Source of the DNA: Candidatus Rokuibacteriota bacterium
GTDB lineage: Bacteria; Methylomirabilota; Methylomirabilia; Rokubacteriales; CSP1-6
Length of the DNA stretch: 64,000 nucleotides
Direction of reading: 5' to 3'
Assembly: GCA_016188005.1 (NCBI GenBank)
Contig: JACPIQ010000012.1
Location: forward strand, 15,224 to 79,223
Positions within the stretch are counted from its first letter, which is position 1; each line of letters opens with the position of its first letter. Shown here one piece after another: positions 46,868 through 56,411 of the stretch. The notes under the pieces are model-generated. The model was not told where the DNA came from and ran no database searches. It saw only the letters and a list, made by a program, of their open reading frames with translations. The position numbers and the translations under genes are program-made.

Positions 46868-48811
46868 GTGGCCGACGCCGTCTCCAAGTTCCGGGCGCTG
46901 CGCGGCGCGCCGCGGGGGGTGGAGCGGGCGCTGCTATCGGCGGTGACGCTCCTCGGCAGCCTCTGGGCGCTCGAGGTCCACCACCACCTCCCCTGGGCGT
47001 TCTTCAAGGAGCAGTACCTCGGCCTCTTCCTCGGGGTGAGCCTCGCCGCGGTGTTCGTCGCCGTGAAGGCCCATGCGGGAGGGCGTGAGGACCGCGTGGC
47101 CTGGCATGACTGGGGCCTCGCCGCGGGCGGGCTCGGCGTGGGGCTCTACGTCACGCTGCGCTACCCCGTCATCGCCTATCAGCTCGGTGTGCTCACCTGG
47201 GACAAGGTCGCCCTCGGCGCGCTGGCGATCGCCCTCGTGCTGGAGGCGGCGCGCCGGCTGGTCGGCTGGGTGATGGTGGCGCTGGCGGCCGTCTTCATCC
47301 TGTACGCGAAATTCGCCTGGCTCCTGCCGGGGCTCCTCGCCGGCAAGGGGGCGTCGTGGGAGCGCATCGCCGTCTACCTGTACCTGGACACCAACGGCCT
47401 CCTCGGCCTGCCGCTGGCGGTGACAGCGGGGATGGTCGTGGCCTTCATCTTCTTCGGCCAGGTGCTCTACGCCGTGGGCGGCGACCGCTTCCTCACCGAT
47501 CTCGCCATGGCGCTCATGGGGCGCTACCGGGGCGGGCCGGCGAAGGTGTCGGTGGTGGCCTCCTCCCTCTTCGGCACGGTGTCGGGCAGCGCGGTGTCCA
47601 ACGTGGTGGTGGACGGACCCATCACGATCCCGATGATGAAGCGCAGCGGGTACGCGCCGCATGTGGCGGCAGCCATCGAGGCCGTGGCCTCCACGGGCGG
47701 CCAGATCATGCCCCCGGTCATGGGCGTCGCGGCCTTCCTCATCGCCGAGTTCCTCTCGCTCCCTTACTCCGAGGTGGCGCTGGCCGCTGTGATCCCGGCG
47801 CTCCTCTACTACCTGGCGCTCTTCGTCCAGGTGGACCTGGAGGCAGCCAGTCACGGGCTCGTCGGGCTTCCCGCGCGGGATCTGCCGCGGCTCCGCGACG
47901 TGCTGCGCCGCGGCTGGAGCTTCCTCATCCCGCTGGGCGTGCTCGTCTACACGCTGATGATCGCCTCCTGGGAGGCGGGCAAGGCCGGGATGGCGGCCGT
48001 CATCGCCACGCTCGTGGTGGGCGCGCTCCAGTGGGAGGACCGGCTGACGCCGGCCCGGCTCTGGCGGGCCATCGAGGAGGCCGGGCGCGTGCTGCTGGAC
48101 ATCGTCGCCATCACGGCCGTGGCCGGCTTCGTCATCGGCGTGCTGCAGCTCTCGGGGCTCGGCTTCAAGTTCTCCCTACTCCTCGTCACCGTGGCCGGGG
48201 GAAGCGCGCTGGGCCTGCTCGCGCTCACCGCGGTGGTCTGCATCATCCTGGGCATGGGCATGCCCACGGCCATCGTCTACATCATGCTGGCCGTCCTCGT
48301 GGGCCCGGCCCTCGTCCAGCTCGGGATCGCGCCGCTGGGCGCGCATCTCTTCCTCTTCTACTTCGGGATGCTGTCCATGATCACGCCGCCCGTGTGCCTG
48401 GCGACGTACGCCGCGGCCTCCATCGCGCGCTCCGACTTCATGAAGACGGGGTGGACGGGGATGCGGCTCGGCATCGTCGCCTACGTGGTGCCCTTCGTCT
48501 TCGCCTTTCACCCCTCGCTCCTGATGCAAGGCTCGGTCGCGGAGATCGTGCTCGCCGCCGCGTCGGCGGCCGGCGGCGTGATCCTCCTCGGCACGGGCTG
48601 CGCTGGCCACCTCTTCAGGGCGCTGTCCTGGCCCCGGCGCGGGGCGGCCGCGCTGGCGGGGCTCTTGCTGATCCCCCCGCCGTCGAGCGGCCCCTGGCTC
48701 GCCGCCAATCTCGCGGGGCTGGCGCTCGGCATCGCCTTTGGCGTCTCGGAGTGGACGGCCCACGGGCGGGCGCTGCCCGTGGCCGTCCCCGCAGCGCAGC
48801 GCGAGCCATGA
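46868..48811 (+). CDS. TRAP transporter fused 4TM/12TM permease (TAXI-type DctQM fusion)
   Basis: 647 aa polytopic membrane protein directly downstream of the TAXI receptor. Confidence 0.8.
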   Translation: MADAVSKFRALRGAPRGVERALLSAVTLLGSLWALEVHHHLPWAFFKEQYLGLFLGVSLAAVFVAVKAHAGGREDRVAWHDWGLAAGGLGVGLYVTLRYPVIAYQLGVLTWDKVALGALAIALVLEAARRLVGWVMVALAAVFILYAKFAWLLPGLLAGKGASWERIAVYLYLDTNGLLGLPLAVTAGMVVAFIFFGQVLYAVGGDRFLTDLAMALMGRYRGGPAKVSVVASSLFGTVSGSAVSNVVVDGPITIPMMKRSGYAPHVAAAIEAVASTGGQIMPPVMGVAAFLIAEFLSLPYSEVALAAVIPALLYYLALFVQVDLEAASHGLVGLPARDLPRLRDVLRRGWSFLIPLGVLVYTLMIASWEAGKAGMAAVIATLVVGALQWEDRLTPARLWRAIEEAGRVLLDIVAITAVAGFVIGVLQLSGLGFKFSLLLVTVAGGSALGLLALTAVVCIILGMGMPTAIVYIMLAVLVGPALVQLGIAPLGAHLFLFYFGMLSMITPPVCLATYAAASIARSDFMKTGWTGMRLGIVAYVVPFVFAFHPSLLMQGSVAEIVLAAASAAGGVILLGTGCAGHLFRALSWPRRGAAALAGLLLIPPPSSGPWLAANLAGLALGIAFGVSEWTAHGRALPVAVPAAQREP

Positions 48812-49212
48812 CGCGCGCCAGCATCGACAGCACGGCCGAGGCCTATCTGGAGCTGCTTGCCGCGCGCGGCGTGGAGTACCTCCTCGCCAATGCGGGGACG
48901 GACTTCGCCCCGCTCATCGAGGCCCATGGCCTGCCCGTCCTCTTCGTCGTCTTCAACAACCGCGCGTGGGGCGCCGTGAAGCGCGCCGTCACCTCCCATG
49001 CCCGCGAGGGCTGGGCCGTGAGGGCGGGCGCCATGCCCTTCGTCGATCTCGACCCGGCCCCCGACTACGAGCTGATCTGTCAGGCCTCGGGCGGCCACGG
49101 CGAGCGGGTGGAGGACCCGGCGGCGCTGCCCGCCGCCCTCGCCCGCGCGCTCGGCGTCGTCCGTGACGAGAAGCGCCAGGCGCTCGTCAACGTCATCTGC
49201 AAGAAGCCGTGA
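48808..49212 (+). pseudogene. internally deleted thiamine-diphosphate enzyme remnant (N-terminal ~35 aa fused to C-terminal ~100 aa)
   Basis: MTRASIDSTAEAYLELLAARGVEYLLANAGTDFAPLIEA (ThDP-enzyme N-terminus) joins directly to LPVLFVVFNNRAWGAVK... (ThDP-binding C-terminal domain). Only 134 aa versus ~550 expected. Confidence 0.5.
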
Positions 49213-49234
49213 GAGCCCCGGAGGGACTCGCCCC

Positions 49235-50590
49235 ATGGCACAGGACCTGAGAAGCTACCTCGACCTGATCAAGCGCCGGCGCCCGGAGGACTTCCGGATC
49301 GTCTCGAAGGAGGTGGACCCGGCCCACGAGATCACGGCCATCGTGGCGAAGGCGGAGCGCGAGGCCCGGCAGCGCCCGGTGATGCTCTTCGAGAACGTCA
49401 AGGGCTCGCGCTTCCCGGTGCTCACCAACCTGCACGCCAGCCGCTCGCGCCTGGCCACCGCCATGGGCTGTGCCCCGGAGGAGATGCTCGAGACCTATCT
49501 CCGCGCCATGGAGAAGCCGATCCCGCCGCGCGTGGTGCCGACGGGTCCGGTGAAGGAGGTCGTCCTCACCGGAGCCCAGGTGAACCTGTACGACCTGCCG
49601 CAGATCGTCCACCATCAGGGCGACGCGGGGCCATACCTCACGGCGGCCATCTCCTTCGCCCGGGACCCCTCCGCGGAGACGTGGAACTGCGCCTACAACC
49701 GCCTGATGGTGAAGGGGCGCGACACCACCTCCATCCACCTCACCGCGGGCAAGCACCTCTGGGAGTTCTACCGGATCGCCGAGTCGCTCGGGAAGCCCCT
49801 GCCCGTGGCCTTTGCCGTCGGCGTGCATCCGGCCGTCGCCCTGGGGGCACTGGCGATCGGCTCCATCGACGAGGACGAGCGGGCCATCATGGGGGCGCTG
49901 CTCGGGGAGCCGCTGGAGCTGGTCCGCTGCGAGACCTCGGACGTGCTCGTGCCGGCGCATGCCGAGCTGGTGATCGAGGCCGAGATCCTCCCGGCCGAGC
50001 GCATCCCGGAGGGACCCTTCGGCGAGTTCACCGGCTACAGCCTGGGAGAGCGGCAGCGCGAGGTCGTCCGCGTTCGGGCCATCACCCACCGGCAGGGCGC
50101 CCTCTTCCAGGACATCACCGTGGCGCATCTCGACCACATGCTGCTCTCGACCATCCCCATGGAGGCCAACCTCTACCGCGCGGTGCGCGCCATGGTCCCC
50201 TCGGTCCGGGCCGTGCGGGTGCCGGGGCCCTTCACCTGCTACGTCTCCCTCGAGCAGCGGCTGCCCGGCCAGGCCAAGAACGCCATCCTCTCGGTCCTCG
50301 GCGCCGACCTCTACATGAAGCGGGTCGTCGTGGTGGATCAGGACGTGGACGTGTTCGACGACCGGCAGGTGACCTGGGCCATCGCCACGCGCTGCCAGCC
50401 TGACCGCGACATCGCCATCATCACCGGCGCGCGGGGCTCGGATCTCGACCCCTCGACGCGGGAGGACGGCTACACCGCGAAGTGGGGCGTGGACGCCACG
50501 GCGAAGCCATCGCTGGCGTCGTACACGCCGCGCCACCGCGTGCCGCCCGAGGTGTGGAAGCGGCTCAACCTGAAGGACTACCTGCCCTGA
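49235..50590 (+). CDS. UbiD-family (prFMN-dependent) decarboxylase
   Basis: 451 aa. UbiD family motifs (EGPFGEFTGY, conserved E/R triad region). Confidence 0.85.
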   Translation: MAQDLRSYLDLIKRRRPEDFRIVSKEVDPAHEITAIVAKAEREARQRPVMLFENVKGSRFPVLTNLHASRSRLATAMGCAPEEMLETYLRAMEKPIPPRVVPTGPVKEVVLTGAQVNLYDLPQIVHHQGDAGPYLTAAISFARDPSAETWNCAYNRLMVKGRDTTSIHLTAGKHLWEFYRIAESLGKPLPVAFAVGVHPAVALGALAIGSIDEDERAIMGALLGEPLELVRCETSDVLVPAHAELVIEAEILPAERIPEGPFGEFTGYSLGERQREVVRVRAITHRQGALFQDITVAHLDHMLLSTIPMEANLYRAVRAMVPSVRAVRVPGPFTCYVSLEQRLPGQAKNAILSVLGADLYMKRVVVVDQDVDVFDDRQVTWAIATRCQPDRDIAIITGARGSDLDPSTREDGYTAKWGVDATAKPSLASYTPRHRVPPEVWKRLNLKDYLP

Positions 50591-52014
50591 TGGTCCTCGC
50601 GGAATCCCGCGAGGCCCGGGCCGTGAGCGAGAACTTCGCGGAGCTGCTGGACAGGAGCTCCTGCGCGGCGCCCGGCGCGCCCGCTCTCGTGTGGGAGGGC
50701 GGCGCGCTCACGCGGGCCGAGCTCGCGCTGCGGGCGGGCGGCGTGGCGCGGGTGCTGCGCGAGCGCGGCGTCCGCGCCGGCGACCGCGTGGCGCTGTCGC
50801 TTCCCAACGGCTGGCCCTTCGCCGCGACGCTCTGGGGGGCGCTGAAGCTCGGCGCGACGGTCACCCCGCTGAATCCGCGACTCACCGGCGAGGAGCGGGG
50901 GAGGATCCTCGGCGATCTCCGGCCGGTGACCGTGATCGAGAACGTCGTGGACGCGCGGGCGCCGTGGCCGAGCGCCGAGGCGAGCGCTCCGGCGCTCATC
51001 CTCTACACCTCCGGCAGCACGGGCGAACCCAAGGGGGTCGTCCTCTCGCACGCGGCGCTGACCTTCGCCAACCGCTCCTGGGTGGGTCCTGTCATGGGCC
51101 TCACCGCCGCGGACGTGGTCCTCGCGGCGCTGCCGCTGTCGCACTCCTTCGGCCTCAACGGCGCGCTCCTCGCCCCGCTCCTGGCCGGAGCCTCGGTGGT
51201 GCTCCTCGGCCGCTTCTCGCCGGAAGGAGCGCTCGCCGCCATCGCGCGCCATCGCGTGAGCGTGGTCCCCGCGGTGGCAGGCATGTTCAGGCGGATGCTC
51301 GACGCGAGGACCTTCGACGCCGCCGACCTCGGAAGCCTCCGCGCCGCCGTGTCAGGAGCGGCCCCGTGCCCCTGGGAGCTGGCGCGGGAGTGGCGCGCGC
51401 GCACCGGCGTCAGGATCATCCGCGGCTACGGGTCGACGGAGCTGTTCCGTCCCCTCTCCCACCTCGTCGGCGATCCCCGCGAGGAGCCAGAGGCCGTGGG
51501 GCGCCCCGTGCCCGGCGTCGAGATCGCCGTGATGGACGAGGCGGGAGCCCCCGTGGCGGCGGGGGAGGTGGGAGAGCTCTGGATCCGGACGCCAGCCGCC
51601 ATGGAAGGCTATCTCCACCGGCCGGACGAGACGCGTGAGGTCCTCGTGGAGGGCTGGTTCAGGACCGGCGACCTCGTCATCCGGTCGCCGGAGGGCTACG
51701 TCAGCGTCGTGGGGCGCAAGCGGGAGCTGATCCTGCGGGGCGGCTACTCCGTCGTGCCGGGCGAGATCGAGGCGGTGCTCCTCGCCCACCCGGCCGTGGC
51801 CGAGGCCGCCGCCGTCGGCAGGCCGCATCCCGAGCTGGGCGAGGAGGTGGCGGCCTTCGTCACGCTGCGCCCGGGGGCGGCGAGCAGTCCCGAGGAGCTG
51901 ATCGCCCACTGCCAGGCACGGCTGGCAGGCTTCAAGTGCCCGCGCCAGGTGCGGATCGTCGCGGAGCTCCCGAAGGGCGCCACGGGCAAGGTCCTCAAGA
52001 GCCGGCTCAGCTGA
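50590..52014 (+). CDS. AMP-dependent acyl-CoA synthetase/ligase
   Basis: AMP-binding motif LILYTSGSTGEPKGV, YGSTE, GEL/GWFRTGD, and C-terminal K (PKGATGKVLK). ATG overlaps the UbiD stop. Confidence 0.85.
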   Translation: MVLAESREARAVSENFAELLDRSSCAAPGAPALVWEGGALTRAELALRAGGVARVLRERGVRAGDRVALSLPNGWPFAATLWGALKLGATVTPLNPRLTGEERGRILGDLRPVTVIENVVDARAPWPSAEASAPALILYTSGSTGEPKGVVLSHAALTFANRSWVGPVMGLTAADVVLAALPLSHSFGLNGALLAPLLAGASVVLLGRFSPEGALAAIARHRVSVVPAVAGMFRRMLDARTFDAADLGSLRAAVSGAAPCPWELAREWRARTGVRIIRGYGSTELFRPLSHLVGDPREEPEAVGRPVPGVEIAVMDEAGAPVAAGEVGELWIRTPAAMEGYLHRPDETREVLVEGWFRTGDLVIRSPEGYVSVVGRKRELILRGGYSVVPGEIEAVLLAHPAVAEAAAVGRPHPELGEEVAAFVTLRPGAASSPEELIAHCQARLAGFKCPRQVRIVAELPKGATGKVLKSRLS

Positions 52015-52945
52015 AGATGCTCTCGGGCAGGAAGGCCGAGACGATCCAGTGGGGTGCGTCCACGATCTCGCTGATCCTGAGATCCACGGCCACGCTCGAG
52101 AGGACGTAGGCCTCCTCGCGCGAGAGCCCGCGCTCCTCCACCAGGTGGTCGATCATGTAGCGCGTCGCCTGCTGGGCTGCGGCGAAGAGGTCGGGGCCCT
52201 GCGCCGTCGTCGCGAACCAGGGGCCGCGATGCGTCCCCGGGCCGAGCGCGCCCCGGATGCGCAGCCTCGGCTCCGGCAGCCGCCGGCCCTCGTCGAGGCC
52301 GAAGCGGAGCGTGACCTGTGCCGTCATCTCCACCGCCGTCACGCACACCTCGCCGTCGCCCTGGGCGGCATGGGCATCCCCCACGCTGAAGAGCGCGCCC
52401 TCCACCCAGACCGGGAGGTACAGCGTCGAGCTGGCGGTGAGCTGCTTCACGTCCATGTTGCCGCCGTTCTTCCGGGGCGGCAGGGTGCTGTGGCTTCCCG
52501 GCTCGTCGAGGGCCACGCCCATGACGCCGGGGAAGGCCTCGATGGGCACGGCGATCCCGCGCCCCATGCGCGCGTGGCGGCCGTCGGAGAGATCCCAGAT
52601 CTGCAGGTATGGCGTCGGGAACTCCGCCTCGGGGAGGAGGCCGCGGCCGGGACGGACCGCCGTCCAGCCGAAGGCGGCCGCGGGCTTGACCTCCAGCACC
52701 TCCACGGCGAGGACGTCTCCCGGCTCGGCCCCGCGAACCCTGACGGGGCCCGTGAGCGGGTGGCCGCGGAAGGGCCCACGGGCCAGCACGTCGGCATGGG
52801 AGGACGAGGGCGCGTAGTAGCCGCCGGAGGCATCGCGGGTGTCGAAGACCACCGTGTCCCCGGGATCGATGACGAGCCGGGGGGCCAGCGCGTTGTTCCA
52901 CTCGTAGTGGACGAGGCCGGCGTCGAGCCGATGCGTGCGCGTCAC
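52007..52945 (-). CDS. acetamidase/formamidase family protein (FmdA/AmdA)
   Basis: HRLDAGLVHYEWNN N-terminal motif and NGGNMD metal-site motif. GTG start overlapping the PPOX stop (GTGA). Confidence 0.75.
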   Translation of the reverse strand: MTRTHRLDAGLVHYEWNNALAPRLVIDPGDTVVFDTRDASGGYYAPSSSHADVLARGPFRGHPLTGPVRVRGAEPGDVLAVEVLEVKPAAAFGWTAVRPGRGLLPEAEFPTPYLQIWDLSDGRHARMGRGIAVPIEAFPGVMGVALDEPGSHSTLPPRKNGGNMDVKQLTASSTLYLPVWVEGALFSVGDAHAAQGDGEVCVTAVEMTAQVTLRFGLDEGRRLPEPRLRIRGALGPGTHRGPWFATTAQGPDLFAAAQQATRYMIDHLVEERGLSREEAYVLSSVAVDLRISEIVDAPHWIVSAFLPESIFS

Positions 52946-53361
52946 GGCTCGAGCCCCCACGTGAACACCCGCGCCGGAGTCACCTCGACGATGACCGAGT
53001 CGGACTCCTCGAGCGCGGCCTCGCCGGGGTACTGCGGGTACTTCGCGTAGAGGAGACGCCGGATCCGCCTGAAGGCGGGACCCCGCTCGATGAGCCGCGG
53101 CCGGCCCTGGACCATCACACCCTTGAGCCCGGACCATTGTTCCGTGTACAGATCCACGGTGAGGGCGATCCGGGGATTGGCTCTCAGGTTGAGCACCTTC
53201 CGGCCGCCGGGGCCCGAGGCGAAGTAGATCTTCCCGTCGGTGACCACGTGACAGACCGGCACCACGTGCGGCATGCCGCCGGGACCCGCCGTCGCCACCC
53301 GGCAGACCCGCTCCCAGCGGAGCAACGCTTCCACGCGCTTCGTGAGCCTCACAGGGACCAC
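52942..53361 (-). CDS. pyridoxamine 5'-phosphate oxidase-like (PPOX class, probable F420/FMN-binding) protein
   Basis: 139 aa split-barrel pattern (VATAGPGGMPHVVPVCHV...GKIYF...). Confidence 0.7.
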   Translation of the reverse strand: MVPVRLTKRVEALLRWERVCRVATAGPGGMPHVVPVCHVVTDGKIYFASGPGGRKVLNLRANPRIALTVDLYTEQWSGLKGVMVQGRPRLIERGPAFRRIRRLLYAKYPQYPGEAALEESDSVIVEVTPARVFTWGLEP

Positions 53362-53484
53362 TTATGCCGCAGCGCGGGGGCCTGCGCAAGACACCCTTCC
53401 CGCGGGGCGATGCAGCGGCCGAAGCGGCACCCGATGCCTCACGCCGCGCATCCTGGGGGTAGAATACGGCGCGGGCACCGGGAC

Positions 53485-54147
53485 ATGGCCTTCTCCAACG
53501 ACTGCTGGCGCGCCATCGAGGACGTCTACGGAGCGATCCTCCGCCACCCTTTCCTCGCCGGGCTCACCGACGGCTCGCTGCCGCGCGAGAGCTTCCGCTT
53601 CTACGTCGTCCAGGACGCCCTCTATCTGCGGGACTTCGCCCGGGCGCTCTCGCTGGCCGCCGCGCGCGCACCGCGCGAGGACTGGATCATCATGCTCGAC
53701 GAGCACGCGGCCGGCGCGCTCAGGGTGGAGCGCGCGCTGCACGAGGGCTTCTTCCGCGACTTCGGCCTGAGCCCGGAGGCCGTGGCCGCCACCCCCCTGG
53801 CCCCGACCAACCTCGCCTACACGAGCTACCTGCTGGCCGTGGCCCACGGCGGCCCCTTCCACGAGGCGCTGGCGGCGCTGCTGCCCTGCTACTGGATCTA
53901 CTGGGAGGTGGGGCGGACGCTCGAGCGGCGCGGCTCCCCGGACCCGCTCTACACCCGGTGGATCGCGACCTATGCCTCCGAGGAGTTCGGCGCTGTCGTC
54001 CGCGCGGTGCTGGAGGCGGCCGACATCACCGCCGCGCAGCGCGCCCCGGCCGAGCGAGAGACCATGCGCCGCCACTTCGTCGCCACCAGCCGCTACGAGT
54101 GGATGTTCTGGGACATGGGCTACCGGCGCGAGTCGTGGCCGGTCTGA
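53485..54147 (+). CDS. TenA/PqqC-like heme-oxygenase-fold protein (thiaminase II family)
   Basis: MAFSNDCWRAIEDVYGAILRHPFLAGLTDGSLPRESFRFYVVQDALYL TenA signature. Confidence 0.75.
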   Translation: MAFSNDCWRAIEDVYGAILRHPFLAGLTDGSLPRESFRFYVVQDALYLRDFARALSLAAARAPREDWIIMLDEHAAGALRVERALHEGFFRDFGLSPEAVAATPLAPTNLAYTSYLLAVAHGGPFHEALAALLPCYWIYWEVGRTLERRGSPDPLYTRWIATYASEEFGAVVRAVLEAADITAAQRAPAERETMRRHFVATSRYEWMFWDMGYRRESWPV

Positions 54148-54157
54148 GGAATCCCGA

Positions 54158-54406
54158 ATGATCCTTCGCGAGGACACCAACGACATCGCCGGGCTCACGT
54201 TCGCTCACGGCAAGGTCCATGCCCTCGGCGCTCTCCCTCCGGCCACCTTCCGCCTCACCAAGGCGCAGATCCGCCAGCCCGCGCGCGAGCGCTGGGAGTC
54301 GAGCCGCGCCCGGATCGACGCCCAGGTGGCCGAGATCTGGGCGGAGGCGCCGGCCCGCGAGGCGATCCGGGGCTACGTGGAGCGCACGCTCGGCAAGAGG
54401 AACTGA
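54158..54406 (+). CDS. short ORF, possible enoyl-CoA hydratase (crotonase) C-terminal remnant
   Basis: 82 aa. The C-terminal ...EAIRGYVERTLGKR resembles the crotonase C-terminal helix. Too short for a functional enzyme. Confidence 0.3.
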   Translation: MILREDTNDIAGLTFAHGKVHALGALPPATFRLTKAQIRQPARERWESSRARIDAQVAEIWAEAPAREAIRGYVERTLGKRN

Positions 54407-54409
54407 CCC

Positions 54410-54865
54410 GTGCGAGAGCCTGTCCGCTACTTCGAGGACTTCCAGCCGGGCGAGGTGATCGAGCTCGGCAGCCGCACCATCACGAAAGAGAGCATCGTCG
54501 CCTTCGCCCGCGAGTTCGACCCGCAGGTCTTCCACGTGGACGAGGAGGCGGCGAGGCACACCATCTACGGCGGGCTCCTGGCCAGCGGCTGGCACACGGG
54601 CTCCATCCTGATGCGGCTCCTCTACGACGGGCTCCTCTCACACACCGCGGGCCTCGGCTCTCCCGGCTTCGACGAGCTGCGGTGGGTCAAGCCCGTGCGC
54701 CCCGGCGACACGCTCTCGGGACGCATGACGGTGCTCGAGCGCAGTCCTTCCCGGAGCAAGCCGGACCGGGGCTTGGTCCGCTCGCTGATGGAGCTGCGGA
54801 ACCAGCACGGCGAGGTGGTGCTCACCATCAAGGGGCTGAGCCTGCTCGGCCGCCGGCCCGCCTGA
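54410..54865 (+). CDS. MaoC-like (R)-specific enoyl-CoA hydratase / hot-dog fold dehydratase
   Basis: 151 aa. [23 protein letters not shown] hot-dog motif. Confidence 0.8.
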   Translation: MREPVRYFEDFQPGEVIELGSRTITKESIVAFAREFDPQVFHVDEEAARHTIYGGLLASGWHTGSILMRLLYDGLLSHTAGLGSPGFDELRWVKPVRPGDTLSGRMTVLERSPSRSKPDRGLVRSLMELRNQHGEVVLTIKGLSLLGRRPA

Positions 54866-54927
54866 GCGCGGGGCCGGACGCAGGTGCGCGTTGACCGGCC
54901 GCCGACTCCTGTTGTAGATTCTGTCGC

Positions 54928-55170
54928 ATGACAAAGAGGAAGAAGACGGCGAAGGCGGCGAAGAAGACCACCAAGAAGGCGGCGGCCAAGACGCCTGCGG
55001 CGAAGAAGGCACCGGCCGCGAAGAAGGCGCCGACGGCCAGCGCGAAGCCTGCGGCAGGGCCGGCCCGGTCGGCGGGATCCTCGGACGGCGGCCCGGCCCA
55101 GGGGGCAACCTATGCGCCCCAGCCGATCCAGGGCACGGGCTGGGCGCCTTTCAGGTACCCGCCCCAGTAG
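54928..55170 (+). CDS. lysine/alanine-rich histone H1-like small basic protein
   Basis: 80 aa. KKTAKAAKKTTKKAAAKTPAAKKAPAAKKAP repeats. Confidence 0.4.
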   Translation: MTKRKKTAKAAKKTTKKAAAKTPAAKKAPAAKKAPTASAKPAAGPARSAGSSDGGPAQGATYAPQPIQGTGWAPFRYPPQ

Positions 55171-56152
55171 GCGGCCGCCGCGCTCCCCCGCCGCCGCGGC
55201 GGCGGGGGAGCGCGCGAGCCAGCAGCCCCCCAATGGCCTGACGCAGGTGTCCCCGCCCCTCGGGGCCCTGGCAGACCACCACCCCCGACACGGCCAGCAC
55301 TCCTCCCAGGAGCTGAAGCGGCGCCAGCCGCTCGCCCAGGATCAGCCAGGACAGGAGCACCCCTGAGAGCGGGACGAGATTGGTGAACACCGCCGTCCGC
55401 CCCGCCCCGACCCGCCTGAGCCCGACATTCCACCACAGGAAGGCGAGCACCGTGGCGCCCACCGCGAGGTAGCCGAGGCCGCCCCAGGCCTGGGCGCCCG
55501 CGGCGGCCAGCCCGGGCCAGGGTTGCTCCAGCAGGGCCACCGGGATCAGGAGCGCCGTGCCGATCAGGATGCCGTAGGTGAGGGTGGCGGCATTGGAGAG
55601 CCGCTCCATCGTCACCTTCGAGACGTACGAGTAGATCCCCCAGCACGACCCGCCAAGGAAGAACAGGATGTCGCCCAGCAGGGTGGCCCTCCCCACGCCG
55701 ACGGCCAGGCGTCCCGGCTGCACCAGGAGCGCGACGCCCGCCACGCAGAGCAGCATCCCGACCACGAAGCCAGAAGGAAGGCGGTCGCCGCCCACCCGTG
55801 CCGCCACGAGGTTCGTCGACAGCGCGCTGGCGGTGGACGGGATCAGCGCGCCATGCGCCGCGGGGGCGAACCGCAGGGCCGAGAAGAAGAAGGCGTGGTT
55901 GAGAAAGGTCCCGAGGAGGCCCACCCAGAGGAGCAGAACGAGATCGCGCCGGGCGAGGGAGCGTGGGTCGGGGAGCTGCCGCCGGAAGATCGCGACGAGC
56001 AGCACCCCGGCGAGCCCATAGCGCAGAACGCCCGCGGTGAACGGCGCGATGTCGCGGACGACGAGCTTGCCCGCCACCGCCGTGGCGCCCCAGAGAAGTG
56101 CCGTGAGCAGGATCAGGGCGTAGACGCGCGCGAGGGGCTCTCTGGATCTCAT
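55151..56152 (-). CDS. EamA-family (DMT superfamily) transporter
   Basis: 10-TM duplicated EamA architecture. Start at MRSREPLARVYALILL. Confidence 0.8.
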   Translation of the reverse strand: MRSREPLARVYALILLTALLWGATAVAGKLVVRDIAPFTAGVLRYGLAGVLLVAIFRRQLPDPRSLARRDLVLLLWVGLLGTFLNHAFFFSALRFAPAAHGALIPSTASALSTNLVAARVGGDRLPSGFVVGMLLCVAGVALLVQPGRLAVGVGRATLLGDILFFLGGSCWGIYSYVSKVTMERLSNAATLTYGILIGTALLIPVALLEQPWPGLAAAGAQAWGGLGYLAVGATVLAFLWWNVGLRRVGAGRTAVFTNLVPLSGVLLSWLILGERLAPLQLLGGVLAVSGVVVCQGPEGRGHLRQAIGGLLARALPRRRGGGGARRPPTGAGT

Positions 56153-56411
56153 GGGGCGGGCGCCCGGAGGCACCCCATCGAGTGTGCCACGGCTCTGCGC
56201 CGATCTGATAGGCCCGCGCGCGCGACAAGGCTGCGCTCGGGCGGGGCGCGGTCCGCTTGTGGGCTGACGCGGGACCTTCCGCACCCTCGGCATCGCCGTC
56301 GCCGTGTGGGTGATCCCCGCGGCGCGCGTCCTGGTCCGCGACGCCCCCGCGCCCCCGCGGCCAGCCCCAGCCGCTCAGCCCCAGGGCGCGGGGACCGGAC
56401 GAGGCGGACGC

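Noticed and set aside
47356-49212. 618-aa plus-strand ORF inside the TRAP permease gene
   Set aside because: Out of frame with the permease. Only its last 134 codons, in a region beyond the permease stop, look like a protein (the ThDP-enzyme stub).
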